Virus record (IMG/VR): IMGVR_UViG_3300037424_000564
Location: 141,057 to 205,056 of that record
Source of the DNA: a virus
Lineage: Duplodnaviria; Caudoviricetes
Direction: 5' to 3' (one strand)
Length of the DNA: 64,000 bases
Every line of letters begins with the position of its first letter. Within the stretch, counting starts at the first letter, position 1. The position numbers and the translations under genes are program-made. This document shows positions 39,818-51,534 of this stretch, one piece after another. Below the pieces are notes generated by a model. The model saw nothing but the letters and a program-made list of their open reading frames with translations, did no database searches and was not told the origin of the DNA.

Positions 39818-41581
39818 TTAAACATAGAAGTCAGGTGATTTTTGTTTTGTACCAATTCCAGTAGATTGATAATGGATATCAGTGTAATGTAAAAACACAC
39901 TACCAGTCCCACCAACAATATCATATGAACTCAAATAACATCTAACTAATATAACAGAATCTGGTTCTATTAATGAGTTATTGATTTGTGATGCAGATGG
40001 AGAATTAGAAGAAAGTTGAACTTCTGCAATCATATGTCTATATTGACCAGAAGCACCAATAGATGCTAATTGTGTTACACTTGTATTTATAGGATTAATA
40101 AAAGTTTCTTGTTGATGTCCTTTTGCTGCGGTAACATTAAATCCCCAAGTAACAGATCCACTAGTGACACCAGAAGTAGTATGACTCCAATGGGTGTGAA
40201 TAAATAGATCAGTTCCTTTCACATAATCATGTGGTATATGATAATTGAACCATATTTCTTTATTAAGGGAAAATTCATATTGACTTATGTTACCATTATA
40301 AATTGACCATAGAGGATTATTCAACCCACTTCCTCTTACTGTAGATATTCCAATTATATCTTGCCACGGATATGTAGGAGTTATTAAATCAACTTTAATA
40401 CCAGCAGTAGCACTTTTAGAAAGTAGTGGAGTTCCTGAATGTATATTATTATATTCGGATTGATTTACATGATAGAATTCTCCTGCACTTGTAGGCAAAC
40501 CACCTTGTAAATTTGTCAAAAGATTATGATCAACTATATTAGTGTTTAGAGAAATACCAGCACCAAAATTGCTTACATCTATTATTTTAACTTTAGTTGG
40601 ATCGGATAGATCAGTAACACCTTGTTGCATAATAATTTTAGCTCTTAGAATTGATCCTTCCAATGATTGTAAATTTTCAATTCCGATATCTTGATTTTCA
40701 GTATCAGATGATGCGATTGCGTCAGATAAAGAGCCATATACATTATGCCCATATATAACATCAACTACATCAGAACTAGGAAAGTAATATATATACTGAA
40801 TTGAAAATTTATTACTAGGAACTGCTGTTAATATTCCATCGACATCGTAAAAATTTGGTTGAAGTTGATTGAATTCTGTAGTTAAGTATTGATTGGATAA
40901 ATGGTAATTATAAGAATTTATTGCAGTAGCAGGATTACTATATATAATATTAGGAGATAAAGGTTGTTCACTAAAATTAGATGAATATCTAAATGATATA
41001 CCAGCACTACGATTAAGAGTTAACGTAGAATCATAAGCAGTAAATGAATTACCTTGCTTATTCAAAGACCCCATAGTATCTAAAAAATCTATCAGAGTAT
41101 TACCTAGATATAAAGCTGGTGATGAATATTGTCCTACCCCTGCAATTGTAGTATGGTCAAATGTCCAAGCTCTACCTAAAATTGCAATAGTTCTTTTTTC
41201 AAGTGCGGTGAAATTCTCAGAAAAAATAAAAGTAGCAGATCCAATTCCAGATCTTTGAATGCCTACCCAAGGTCTTGTATTAATTGTTATATTAGGATCA
41301 ACATTTTGAGCATTCCAAGACAGAACTTCCACTATAGGATTATTAAAATCAGAAAGATCTACATATAAGGATTTACCTTCAGCGATATCAATAGTTGTGT
41401 TGTCGGGATTTATAGTAATCATACCACCACTTAATACACCAGTAGTCAATCCCAATCTTCCCTCGTCACCTGATACAACATCAGATCCAAATAATCCATT
41501 ATCCAACCAAGTAGCATAATCTTCGCTTGTTATTTTATAACCTGTAACAAATTTAGATTTTAGTTCTTCTCTTATTCCCAT
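39818..41581 (-). CDS. Putative virion structural/fiber protein
   Basis: ELKSKFVTGYKITSEDYATWLD anchor related to the downstream gene; HNLLTNLQGG...YH. Confidence 0.55.
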   Translation of the reverse strand: MGIREELKSKFVTGYKITSEDYATWLDNGLFGSDVVSGDEGRLGLTTGVLSGGMITINPDNTTIDIAEGKSLYVDLSDFNNPIVEVLSWNAQNVDPNITINTRPWVGIQRSGIGSATFIFSENFTALEKRTIAILGRAWTFDHTTIAGVGQYSSPALYLGNTLIDFLDTMGSLNKQGNSFTAYDSTLTLNRSAGISFRYSSNFSEQPLSPNIIYSNPATAINSYNYHLSNQYLTTEFNQLQPNFYDVDGILTAVPSNKFSIQYIYYFPSSDVVDVIYGHNVYGSLSDAIASSDTENQDIGIENLQSLEGSILRAKIIMQQGVTDLSDPTKVKIIDVSNFGAGISLNTNIVDHNLLTNLQGGLPTSAGEFYHVNQSEYNNIHSGTPLLSKSATAGIKVDLITPTYPWQDIIGISTVRGSGLNNPLWSIYNGNISQYEFSLNKEIWFNYHIPHDYVKGTDLFIHTHWSHTTSGVTSGSVTWGFNVTAAKGHQQETFINPINTSVTQLASIGASGQYRHMIAEVQLSSNSPSASQINNSLIEPDSVILVRCYLSSYDIVGGTGSVFLHYTDIHYQSTGIGTKQKSPDFYV

Positions 41582-41594
41582 AATTTACCTCTTT

Positions 41595-43043
<1,449 letters not shown>

Positions 43044-43095
43044 AGTTCAATCCGTTTATAAAGTTTATAATGCAGTATTATTTATACGAAATAAA

Positions 43096-43124
43096 TTGAC
43101 AACTAAAGCAGAATTACTTATAAT
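43096..43124 (+). promoter_or_regulatory. Consensus sigma70-type promoter
   Basis: TTGACA-17-TATAAT. Confidence 0.85.
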
Positions 43125-43141
43125 ATTTCAAAGGAGAAATA

Positions 43142-43513
43142 ATGAATAATATTATATTTTTAGATATAGATGTATTTTATATGTTTTGGTTAGAATTACA
43201 GAAACATCCTACTTTTTTTCTTTTTGGTGGTACTATTATTTATTTGTGTGGATTTTGGATAGAACTGTCATGTCGGACTATTTCCACTAAATGGATTGGA
43301 AATAAACTACATGATACCACCCGAGATTTGGAACCTACAGATGTATGGATTGCTGTTATATGGCCATTACGTATGTTTATTTATTGCCTTCAAACAATTC
43401 TTTATGGGATAAACATGGGAGTTATTCTTCCTTTGGCTCTTTTGATTGGTATAAAATATCAAAAAACAAAAATATATAAAAAGATTGATAAAATATGTTT
43501 CGCACGTTTTTAA
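43142..43513 (+). CDS. Hypothetical membrane protein
   Basis: Two to three hydrophobic segments; AAGGAG site. Confidence 0.65.
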   Translation: MNNIIFLDIDVFYMFWLELQKHPTFFLFGGTIIYLCGFWIELSCRTISTKWIGNKLHDTTRDLEPTDVWIAVIWPLRMFIYCLQTILYGINMGVILPLALLIGIKYQKTKIYKKIDKICFARF

Positions 43514-43514
43514 A

Positions 43515-43543
43515 TTGACAATTAAATCAATATCTAGTATATT
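43515..43543 (+). promoter_or_regulatory. Sigma70-type promoter
   Basis: TTGACA-17-TATATT. Confidence 0.75.
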
Positions 43544-43571
43544 GAATTCAACATCAACCAAGGAGATTATC

Positions 43572-43898
43572 ATGCGAGGACGTAAAGTTGACACTGTGAA
43601 GCAGGAAAAATTCGACACCATTTTCATCAACTCCGTTGATCGTACTCAATTTGAAGACGAAGCACAACGAGAAGGTATTTCCAAAAAAACTGCAACTGTT
43701 TACTGGTACAAACTCTGCAAAGCTAATGGCAGACTTGTAAACGAAAAACGTGGCCGCAAGCCTGTCATCAAAACAGATCTTGGCCATAAGATGGCGACCA
43801 TCGAATCTTTCGTTAATTCCGAAATTGAAAAAGCAAAAAATGCCAAGAAATCAACTCTCGTTCTTTGTCAGATTCTTAATCTTATTGTTGGTGAATAA
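43572..43898 (+). CDS. Hypothetical basic protein
   Basis: AAGGAG site before MRGRK; KRGRKP motif. Confidence 0.65.
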   Translation: MRGRKVDTVKQEKFDTIFINSVDRTQFEDEAQREGISKKTATVYWYKLCKANGRLVNEKRGRKPVIKTDLGHKMATIESFVNSEIEKAKNAKKSTLVLCQILNLIVGE

Positions 43899-44087
43899 TT
43901 ATGTATCCTACTAGTTTCAATTTGGCTTGTTGTCATTACTTCTTGTACCAAAGATTTTTTTGGAACAGCTATATGCATTAATAAGCGTTCTGCTGATGTA
44001 ACTACATTAATCGTGTTCACTATTAGAATGACATTTAATGTACTTGCAATTATCTATCTATGCACAACCAACTAAGGAGGAATAATC

Positions 44088-44225
44088 ATGATTTTCAAAA
44101 GAATGTGGAGAAAAACGAAACGTAAAGGATACCTACGTGTCAAATCAACTCATTATGTTGGATGGTTTCTTTTTGGAATTATTCCACTTTACATTAAAAC
44201 AATTAAAGTTGAATATTACAGATAA
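44088..44225 (+). CDS. Small hypothetical protein (45 aa)
   Basis: GGAGG site; MIFKRMW...YVGWFLFGIIPLYIK. Confidence 0.55.
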   Translation: MIFKRMWRKTKRKGYLRVKSTHYVGWFLFGIIPLYIKTIKVEYYR

Positions 44226-44282
44226 TAATAGACAAATAATTAATATCATATTATGATTAGATCAACGAATAGGAGATACCAC

Positions 44283-45491
44283 ATGTTTATAGCAAATCAC
44301 CCCAAATTATATATAGTCGGAGGTTGTGTCAGAGACATGATCATGGGTCGAGAGGCTTCTGATGTGGATTATTGTTTCTCCGGTTCTGAATCAGAATTGA
44401 TGAAATTGTTTCCTAAAGCATATCAGGTTGGTATTTCTTTTCCTGTGTTCATGGTAAATGGATGTGAAGTTGCATTGACTCGTACTGAAGAATCTAATGG
44501 AGATTCCTATGGTGACTTTATTGTTACTAATGTTGGGGTTTCTATTGAAGAAGATTTGAATCGTCGTGACTTCACAATGAATCAAATAGCAATTAACACA
44601 ATGACTCAAGAAGTGATTGATCCTACTGGCGGCAAGAATGATATTACTGGTATGATCATTCGTACAACTAATACTAAAGCATTTGAAGAAGATCCTGTTC
44701 GTATTTTGAGAGCAATTCGATTTGCAACTACCATGGGATTTGCAATTGAAACTGAAACATTCCAAATGATGAAAGAAAATGTTCATCGTTTGGAATTCAT
44801 CACCAAAGAACGTATTGTGTTGGAATTGGAAAAAATGTGGAAAGGTGCTAATGTGCCTTCTGTATTTTTTACAATTTTGAGCGAGATTGGTGGATTGAAA
44901 TTCATTTCTCCTGTGTTTGAAGCAATGGAAAATGTTCCTGCTGGACCTTTCAAATACCATGGGGATGATACAGTATTTGATCACACAATGAATGTCATCA
45001 ATCGAATCAAACAACATAACGGAACGTTCAGTGCATTCATTGCTGGATTGACTCATGATTTTGGAAAGACTGTGACTCCTGCACATGTATTGCCGGGACA
45101 TCATGGCCATGAGTTTAATGGGTTGGAATTGGCTAAAGAATTTATAACAAATAATCGTTTTGATTCTTACACAAATGAGTTGATCTTGGTTGCTATGAGA
45201 AATCATATGCTGGTTCGTGTTTTCAATGAAATGAGAACTATCACCAAAGTCAAATTTGTTAAATCTATTCCTAAGCATATGGTGGAAGATTTCAAAGTGA
45301 TTGTCTTTTCTGATCATGAAAGGTCACAGGAAACTAAAAATTTTATTAGTTTCGTTTTTGCAACTGTCAATTCTTTTAGAATGACCAAAGAAGATATCGA
45401 ACGTGTTAAAAATACAAAAGATAAAAAAGAAGTAGCTATCAGAATCATCACTAAACATTTGGCTTCTAAAATTAAGGAGATTGAAGAATGA
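44283..45491 (+). CDS. cca: tRNA nucleotidyltransferase (CCA-adding) with HD domain
   Basis: YIVGGCVRD..MG...DVDY, ALTRTE, EDLNRRDFTMN, EDPVRILRAIRF, ERIVLE, H...DHT...THDFGK. Confidence 0.92.
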   Translation: MFIANHPKLYIVGGCVRDMIMGREASDVDYCFSGSESELMKLFPKAYQVGISFPVFMVNGCEVALTRTEESNGDSYGDFIVTNVGVSIEEDLNRRDFTMNQIAINTMTQEVIDPTGGKNDITGMIIRTTNTKAFEEDPVRILRAIRFATTMGFAIETETFQMMKENVHRLEFITKERIVLELEKMWKGANVPSVFFTILSEIGGLKFISPVFEAMENVPAGPFKYHGDDTVFDHTMNVINRIKQHNGTFSAFIAGLTHDFGKTVTPAHVLPGHHGHEFNGLELAKEFITNNRFDSYTNELILVAMRNHMLVRVFNEMRTITKVKFVKSIPKHMVEDFKVIVFSDHERSQETKNFISFVFATVNSFRMTKEDIERVKNTKDKKEVAIRIITKHLASKIKEIEE

Positions 45492-45689
45492 TTAATACTG
45501 AATCGAAATCATCAAAGTAATTAGAATTATGGATCAAATTACAAATACACAATATCGTAATAATAATATATATTTATTATGAGCATCCAGCTTTCGAAAA
45601 AGATGAAAAATTAAGACGCAGGGGTCAACGTAAATTTAGAGGAAGAAATTGGGATTGATTAACAATTACCTTATATTAAGGAATAACTA

Positions 45690-46643
45690 ATGAAAGTATT
45701 ATATTGTGGTTCATTTGCTCCATTACATAAGGGTCATGAATATGTTTACAATGCTATTGTTAACAAATTTGGCAAAGAAAATGTATTCTTAGGAATTGGA
45801 AAAAATGAAAAAAAGAATACTGATATTGCCCAAATTCTTTATTCTATTTGTCCGATTACTTCAAATGTAATCGTGTATGAGGGTCTTACTTCTAATATAG
45901 TAAAAAAGCATAACTTTGATTATCTTGTTAGAGGTATTAGATGTTCAGAAGATATGACAGAAGAATCAAAATTAGCATACTGGAATAAAGAATTGTGCGG
46001 AGTTGATACTTTGTTTATAGTTACTTCTCCTGAACTTTCTATGATATCATCATCCGCACTAAATCTACTAGATGCTTATGATTTTGGGGATGATATCACG
46101 AAATTTATCAACAGTGATGTGTATTATAGATATAAAGCAAAGAAATCATCATTTGATGTAGTATTCGGTAAATGTTGTTCAGGTAAATCAACCCATATTA
46201 AAACGCATTATCAAAATAAAAATATCATTGAAATAGATAAAGTATTTTGGAATTATATTAACACTTCTAAACAATTCAAAGATGTTATGGGTACTACATT
46301 GAAAACTTTATTTTATAATAAAAATAAAATTGCATTCAATGAACATATGCAAGTTGTGATGTCATATTTTGATTGGGCGGAATTAGAAGAGCAAATTGAT
46401 TTTATCAAACAGATAAACAATAAAGATACTATTGTTGATTTTCCCGCAATTGGTTGTTATTGGGATTATATTCCAGTTAAAGTTAGAGCAAGAATGAATT
46501 TGATCAAAGTTTACACTAAAGAAGAAAATAGGGCAGTATTTGCCGGTAATAGAAATGCAAATACTGCCCTAATTGAATGTTCTGATTTAATGTATCAAGA
46601 TCCTCCATATCACGATCAAGAATTTGAAATAATGAAAGAATAA
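45690..46643 (+). CDS. coaD: Phosphopantetheine adenylyltransferase (CoaD)-like domain fused to a P-loop kinase
   Basis: GSFAPLHKGH, GIGKNEKK, YEGL, LVRGIR..ED..EE..LAY.NKEL, TLF, ISSS; then FGKCCSGKST...IEID. Confidence 0.75.
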   Translation: MKVLYCGSFAPLHKGHEYVYNAIVNKFGKENVFLGIGKNEKKNTDIAQILYSICPITSNVIVYEGLTSNIVKKHNFDYLVRGIRCSEDMTEESKLAYWNKELCGVDTLFIVTSPELSMISSSALNLLDAYDFGDDITKFINSDVYYRYKAKKSSFDVVFGKCCSGKSTHIKTHYQNKNIIEIDKVFWNYINTSKQFKDVMGTTLKTLFYNKNKIAFNEHMQVVMSYFDWAELEEQIDFIKQINNKDTIVDFPAIGCYWDYIPVKVRARMNLIKVYTKEENRAVFAGNRNANTALIECSDLMYQDPPYHDQEFEIMKE

Positions 46644-46647
46644 TATT

Positions 46648-46869
46648 ATGACGATATCTGAATTTTTCGACCCAAGTAAACAATCACATATTACAGCATT
46701 TGAATGTTTAATGAATTCTGGTACATGGCCTGTAAATTTTTTACCTAATGATATTTGTTTTTCACCAACTTGGCCATATGACGTTACTCAAAAAATGGTA
46801 ATCTTTTTAATTAAAGAAAATAAAACATTGAAAGAAAAAGTAAGAATACTTAAGAAATATTATTACTAG
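46648..46869 (+). CDS. Hypothetical protein (TAG stop)
   Basis: 73 aa ORF. Confidence 0.55.
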   Translation: MTISEFFDPSKQSHITAFECLMNSGTWPVNFLPNDICFSPTWPYDVTQKMVIFLIKENKTLKEKVRILKKYYY

Positions 46870-47470
46870 CAAACGTGGCAGGTAAATCAAAAACTTCAAT
46901 TTTATCATTTGGGGCGACTACTTGTTTATCAATAATCATTCTCATATTAAAAAGAACAATCATAACTGTATCACTCCATCCAAACGGATGATCTACTGAC
47001 AAATAATCAATTCCTTTTAACACTAGAAAGTTCCTAAACGCATTTGTTTGGGAACTTTTTATTGCTTCATAGTTCACCATCATATTAATGAAATTACTAG
47101 CTGGAACTTCACCTTTGTCCTTGTACCTAGAAAGAGCCTGAAGTATTTCTTTTCTCTTATTTTTTATAATATAATCATCGACAAATTCCAAGATATCAGC
47201 TAAAGGAATGGATGCATCATTTGCATCCATTCCTTTTTTGATTGTTACCATATAAAGCTTGCGACTACCTTTAGAATATTTCTGTGCTGTTTGATAATGA
47301 GTTATTAAATAAAGGCCGGGGCCATACTCGAATCTACCTTTTTTCTGAATTTTGGTTTCATCATAAGCATCATCTAAATTTCCACCATGCCAAAGACTCA
47401 TTGTATTTTGAGTAGTAGATGGAGATATAATCTTTTTAGCTTCTGTTATAAATTGTTTGAATGGTTTCAT
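46850..47470 (-). CDS. ADP-ribosyltransferase (PARP-like)-fold protein with capsid-targeting-like N-terminus
   Basis: LWHGG...EYGPGLYLITHYQTAQKYS; starts MKPFKQFITE. Confidence 0.6.
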   Translation of the reverse strand: MKPFKQFITEAKKIISPSTTQNTMSLWHGGNLDDAYDETKIQKKGRFEYGPGLYLITHYQTAQKYSKGSRKLYMVTIKKGMDANDASIPLADILEFVDDYIIKNKRKEILQALSRYKDKGEVPASNFINMMVNYEAIKSSQTNAFRNFLVLKGIDYLSVDHPFGWSDTVMIVLFNMRMIIDKQVVAPNDKIEVFDLPATFASNNIS

Positions 47471-49254
47471 AATCTTCTCAGTTTACCTTTTTCAAAAATT
47501 AATTTAGATTTACCATCAGTAATAATATCGCCTTCTTCTAAAGATTCAAGAATATCTTTACTTAATCCAGATTCTTGAGCTTTTTGTCTAAATCTACTTT
47601 CAGATGCTGGTGTTTCTGGAACTGGTGCTTCTGCTCCCGGTTGAGGTGCTTGTGCGCCTCCTGCTCCCGGTACTTCTTGAAAATCAGGGGGAACTTCACC
47701 ACCAGCAGCAGGACCACCCCCCATTGGGGCATTGCCAAGAGCGTCAGCTTCTCCACCACCAAGATCTCCAACAGAACTCCAATATTCAGCAATTTCAACA
47801 ACTTCTTCATCAGACATTCTTAGAATTTTCTCTTGAATATATTTTGGTGAAAGAATTCTAGCTTCAGCAGTTGCCAATCCCATAGCATTATTTGCACCAT
47901 TGACTTTAACATCAATGATTTGTGCTTTTTTAAGCATTGAAATTTCATTAGAAGATGCGTAAACAAATTTAATTTTCTCTTGAATATCTTTCCAATCGTC
48001 TAATGACATTACTTGTCTAGCAATCAAATCTTTTTTAAGTAAGTCTACAAATAAGTTATTAAATTTTCTTCTTAATTTCTGAATATATTTGAAGAATTTC
48101 ATTTCATCACGTTCGATATCAATAGTAGGATTGATACTGATTTTGCTTTCAGCATTTCTTCTACTTTTAGGTACACATAACGAACTATATACTTTATTTA
48201 CAAAATAATCAACATCTTCGAATGAAGAGAAACTAGTATTGCTCATATTCAAAGGTTCTACTCTAGTTCCTTTGCCTTGCGAATTAATAGGAAACCAAAA
48301 ATCTTCAAGTATAGAAATAGATTTTGCTGCATTATCAACAGTACCATTTTCAGTATTGTAAACTTTTTTCTGACGATACTTTGAAATTAAACTTTTCATA
48401 TACTCTTCAGCTTTAGTTTTTGGTAGATTCCCGGTATCAATATAGAAAGCACGTTTCTCTGTTGACTTTGTTAATCTATGAATGATAAGAGTATCTTCAA
48501 GTAAATAAAGTTGATTGATAGATTTCATTGCTTTTTGAATTGGACTGTAGTAATAGTTTTTATCAGGTGAATAAATGCCTGAGTTAATACTAGCAATCTG
48601 CTCATCAAAGTAAGTTATTTCAGGGTTTTCTAAATCTTTCATTGGATTATAAGATGAATGTTTATCAATATACCATCTAACAGTACCATCATGTTCATTT
48701 TTATATTTTTGAATATTAAAAGGTGGAAGAAGAATTAATTTCTGAATACCATCTTTTGGTTTTCTATTATTGTACACAACTTCAAAGTTCAATGTAGAAT
48801 CTACATACCATTGACGAAAAAGTTCTTCGCCTTTTTCATTAAAATCTAATAGATAAATTATCTTGTCAAATGAATCATAAATTCTAGATTTAATATTTTC
48901 AGTTAATTCAATATCATCTAGGTTAAGAGTAATAGCAGGATCAATTTCATCAAACACAATAGCTTCAGAAGTAATTTCAATTAATGCTTCATCAACTTCT
49001 GGAAGTAAAGATGATTCCCTCCATCTACGAATAAAATCACCATGATTAATAGGTTGAGCATTACCACCCAAAGCAAAAGAGTTACTATAATTATTAAATG
49101 GATCATAAGTAACGTATGGTGTTTCTAATTCTGTTTCTTTTGAAATTTGTGAGAAATTTTTATGGCGATCTTGCATTGCTTCTTTTTCAGAATAGAAAGG
49201 ACGATTCAATTGTTCAGTAAGATCTCCCCATGCTTCTGTAATATTTTTAAACAT
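47467..49254 (-). CDS. gp20: Portal protein (T4 gp20)
   Basis: PEVDEALIEI, FRQWYVD, LLEDTLIIHRL...RAFYIDTGNLPKTKAEEYM, LEDFWFP, G/P-rich C-terminus. Confidence 0.96.
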   Translation of the reverse strand: MFKNITEAWGDLTEQLNRPFYSEKEAMQDRHKNFSQISKETELETPYVTYDPFNNYSNSFALGGNAQPINHGDFIRRWRESSLLPEVDEALIEITSEAIVFDEIDPAITLNLDDIELTENIKSRIYDSFDKIIYLLDFNEKGEELFRQWYVDSTLNFEVVYNNRKPKDGIQKLILLPPFNIQKYKNEHDGTVRWYIDKHSSYNPMKDLENPEITYFDEQIASINSGIYSPDKNYYYSPIQKAMKSINQLYLLEDTLIIHRLTKSTEKRAFYIDTGNLPKTKAEEYMKSLISKYRQKKVYNTENGTVDNAAKSISILEDFWFPINSQGKGTRVEPLNMSNTSFSSFEDVDYFVNKVYSSLCVPKSRRNAESKISINPTIDIERDEMKFFKYIQKLRRKFNNLFVDLLKKDLIARQVMSLDDWKDIQEKIKFVYASSNEISMLKKAQIIDVKVNGANNAMGLATAEARILSPKYIQEKILRMSDEEVVEIAEYWSSVGDLGGGEADALGNAPMGGGPAAGGEVPPDFQEVPGAGGAQAPQPGAEAPVPETPASESRFRQKAQESGLSKDILESLEEGDIITDGKSKLIFEKGKLRRL

Positions 49255-49328
49255 ATATTATTCCTTTACTGTATTTGTAAATCTAATTTTTAATTAGTTC
49301 AATAAATCTTGTGTTTCGTTATATTTAT

Positions 49329-49889
49329 TTATGGTCGCATTCTTTTGCCTTTTTGTACTATATGTCGTTTCCTTGGTTTCATAGCTTGACTTCTCTCAAG
49401 AAATCTAGCTTTATAAAGAACTTCTGTATACCTAATTGTTTCCCATACACCAACAACTTTAACATTAGTACAATTTGATATTCTGTATCTTCTAATTCCA
49501 GCCAATGAAAAACTCAATGATGGATTATTTTTTATAGTTTTATACCAGAGTCTAAAGAGACTTTCATTTATACTTCTCTTCTTCATTTCATTTATAACTT
49601 CAACAAATTTTGGGCGTAATGCGCCGGGTATCCAATGTAGATTGATTCCTAATGCAGACAGACCACCAATATCTAAAAATATTACTTGTGGATATTGATC
49701 GTATATATGAATCTTTTGTAAATCAATTGGAGTATATCGAAAATAATATATCTTACTATATTCAAATCTACCTGTGTATTTATTGAAAGTAGCATTGGCT
49801 AGATTTTTTGGTTGTTGATTAGGTGGTAAACTTCCACCCAATTGTTTATCTGGCGGTGTAGTATTTTCGTCTCTGAAAAATTCTGACAT
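49329..49889 (-). CDS. gp2: DNA end protector (gp2)-like protein
   Basis: YYFRYTP...YDQYPQVIFL...LGINLHWIP..LR, IRRY. Confidence 0.75.
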   Translation of the reverse strand: MSEFFRDENTTPPDKQLGGSLPPNQQPKNLANATFNKYTGRFEYSKIYYFRYTPIDLQKIHIYDQYPQVIFLDIGGLSALGINLHWIPGALRPKFVEVINEMKKRSINESLFRLWYKTIKNNPSLSFSLAGIRRYRISNCTNVKVVGVWETIRYTEVLYKARFLERSQAMKPRKRHIVQKGKRMRP

Positions 49890-49924
49890 TTAATTTTCTT
49901 TCACGTTATATACCATTATTTTCT

Positions 49925-50395
49925 TTATAGAAAAAATGGGCAATCTTTTTCTGTTAATATCAAAAATTCAACATCTATACCTGCTTGTTTTTTTTCTGCT
50001 ATAATTTGTCTAGTTGTATCCCATTTTGCTTGATTTATTATATATGTTTTAACTTGTTTAAAATAATTTTTAGTTTTACGTTTAGGTACTTTAGGAACAT
50101 CAACTTGACTTTGTGGTTTGATTTCAACCCAGAATTCTTTTGTTTTGCCTGATGCTGTTATAGCCTTAAATGTGAAATCCATAAAATATCTATGGTATTT
50201 TCCATCATCAGGTCGTATATATTTAATTATAGTAGATTCACTTGTCCATTCAATAATATTTGTATTCTTGTCAAGATATTGAGATATAAATTTAATCTCC
50301 CAACCGCTTCTAGCAGTAATTGGACGAGTTCCTGTATATTTCTCAGGATTCTTTAAATGAGGATACATATCATTTATTTGGTAATAGTGACTCAT
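49925..50395 (-). CDS. gp4: Head completion nuclease (T4 gp4)
   Basis: RSGWEIKF...WTSE...Y..PDDGKYHRYFMDF, VEIKP, NQAKW, FLILTE. Confidence 0.93.
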   Translation of the reverse strand: MSHYYQINDMYPHLKNPEKYTGTRPITARSGWEIKFISQYLDKNTNIIEWTSESTIIKYIRPDDGKYHRYFMDFTFKAITASGKTKEFWVEIKPQSQVDVPKVPKRKTKNYFKQVKTYIINQAKWDTTRQIIAEKKQAGIDVEFLILTEKDCPFFL

Positions 50396-51525
50396 TATTT
50401 TTTCTCTTTTGTTTTTCCTGAAGGCATGTAATTACCAATTACTTTAACTACTTTGAATGCTTGTTTAGTTAAAAATACAGTTTGAGTTGGTTCATTAGGA
50501 TGTATAATAGCTAGACCGGGATCTATTAATACATCATATCCCAAATCTCTTATTTGTTTATTCCATTTATTAGGATTAGGACTAGGACTATTTGAACCTT
50601 TACCACCAGCTAGAATATAAGTAAACCAAAAGAAAATTCCACCGGGATATTTTTTACGAATTGCTTCTTTTGTACCTTTGGTGTATATAAATTCTGTGTC
50701 GATTTCTTCAGATTTAGATGATTTGCTTAATTCTTTTTTTAAATAATCAATAAAGAGTTTAAAAAAGTTTTTTGTATTTTCTATCGCAACTTGTTTATCA
50801 GATCTTTTATACTGTTTCAAACTTTTACCAAAAGTTTCATTCCATGCGTTATCAAACAGTAGTTGAAACGTATCATAAACATAATGTCCTTCACTATATT
50901 TTAGAATAGGCTTTATTTCCTGCATGAAATATTCAGCAATAAAACTTTCAACATCATCTTTATATTCATCTTCATAATTATCAACAAAGAGTTCTATTTT
51001 TGTTTTATTGATTAATTGTCCTAGTGTTCCAATAACACCCTCCATTGATTTAATGTTTCCAGTTGAAATATTATTCATAAAAGACATTTTAATATTAGGA
51101 TTTTTTTCAATGGTTCTATCAATAATAGCTTTCACTTCATCTTCTGTAATATCTTTTAAATTTAAAGTTCTATCTAGTGCGATATTTTCAACTAGATAAA
51201 TGAATGGAGCTTGTCCCATAAAAGGTAATCCATCTAATCCTTCATTATCAAGCTGATATGCCACATCAACCAATCTATAAGTATAAATTCCATTAGGAGT
51301 ATCATATACACTTTTAGGATTTATTCCAATTTTGTGAGTTGGTTCATGATGTTTAGATCGAACATTTATATCAGCAGGTTTACCATTTTTATTTGTAACT
51401 GCTGTTCTCATACTAATAAAATAATTAGGTTCATCTAGATATGGTTCAAGAGTCTTCATAGGAAGTTCACGTTTGTTTACATCAGGATTTTTTCTTGCTT
51501 CGAAAAATAATTTGAATTGTAACAT
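50395..51525 (-). CDS. Hypothetical putative internal head protein
   Basis: Starts MLQFKLFFE; GINPKSVYDTPNGIYTY and LGYDVLIDPGLAIIHPNEPTQTVF motifs. Confidence 0.65.
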   Translation of the reverse strand: MLQFKLFFEARKNPDVNKRELPMKTLEPYLDEPNYFISMRTAVTNKNGKPADINVRSKHHEPTHKIGINPKSVYDTPNGIYTYRLVDVAYQLDNEGLDGLPFMGQAPFIYLVENIALDRTLNLKDITEDEVKAIIDRTIEKNPNIKMSFMNNISTGNIKSMEGVIGTLGQLINKTKIELFVDNYEDEYKDDVESFIAEYFMQEIKPILKYSEGHYVYDTFQLLFDNAWNETFGKSLKQYKRSDKQVAIENTKNFFKLFIDYLKKELSKSSKSEEIDTEFIYTKGTKEAIRKKYPGGIFFWFTYILAGGKGSNSPSPNPNKWNKQIRDLGYDVLIDPGLAIIHPNEPTQTVFLTKQAFKVVKVIGNYMPSGKTKEKK

Positions 51526-51534
51526 AATATGTCC

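Noticed and set aside
45488-45660. Additional small gene after cca
   Set aside because: Only short fragments in different frames with no consistent start; possibly a decayed gene, not callable.
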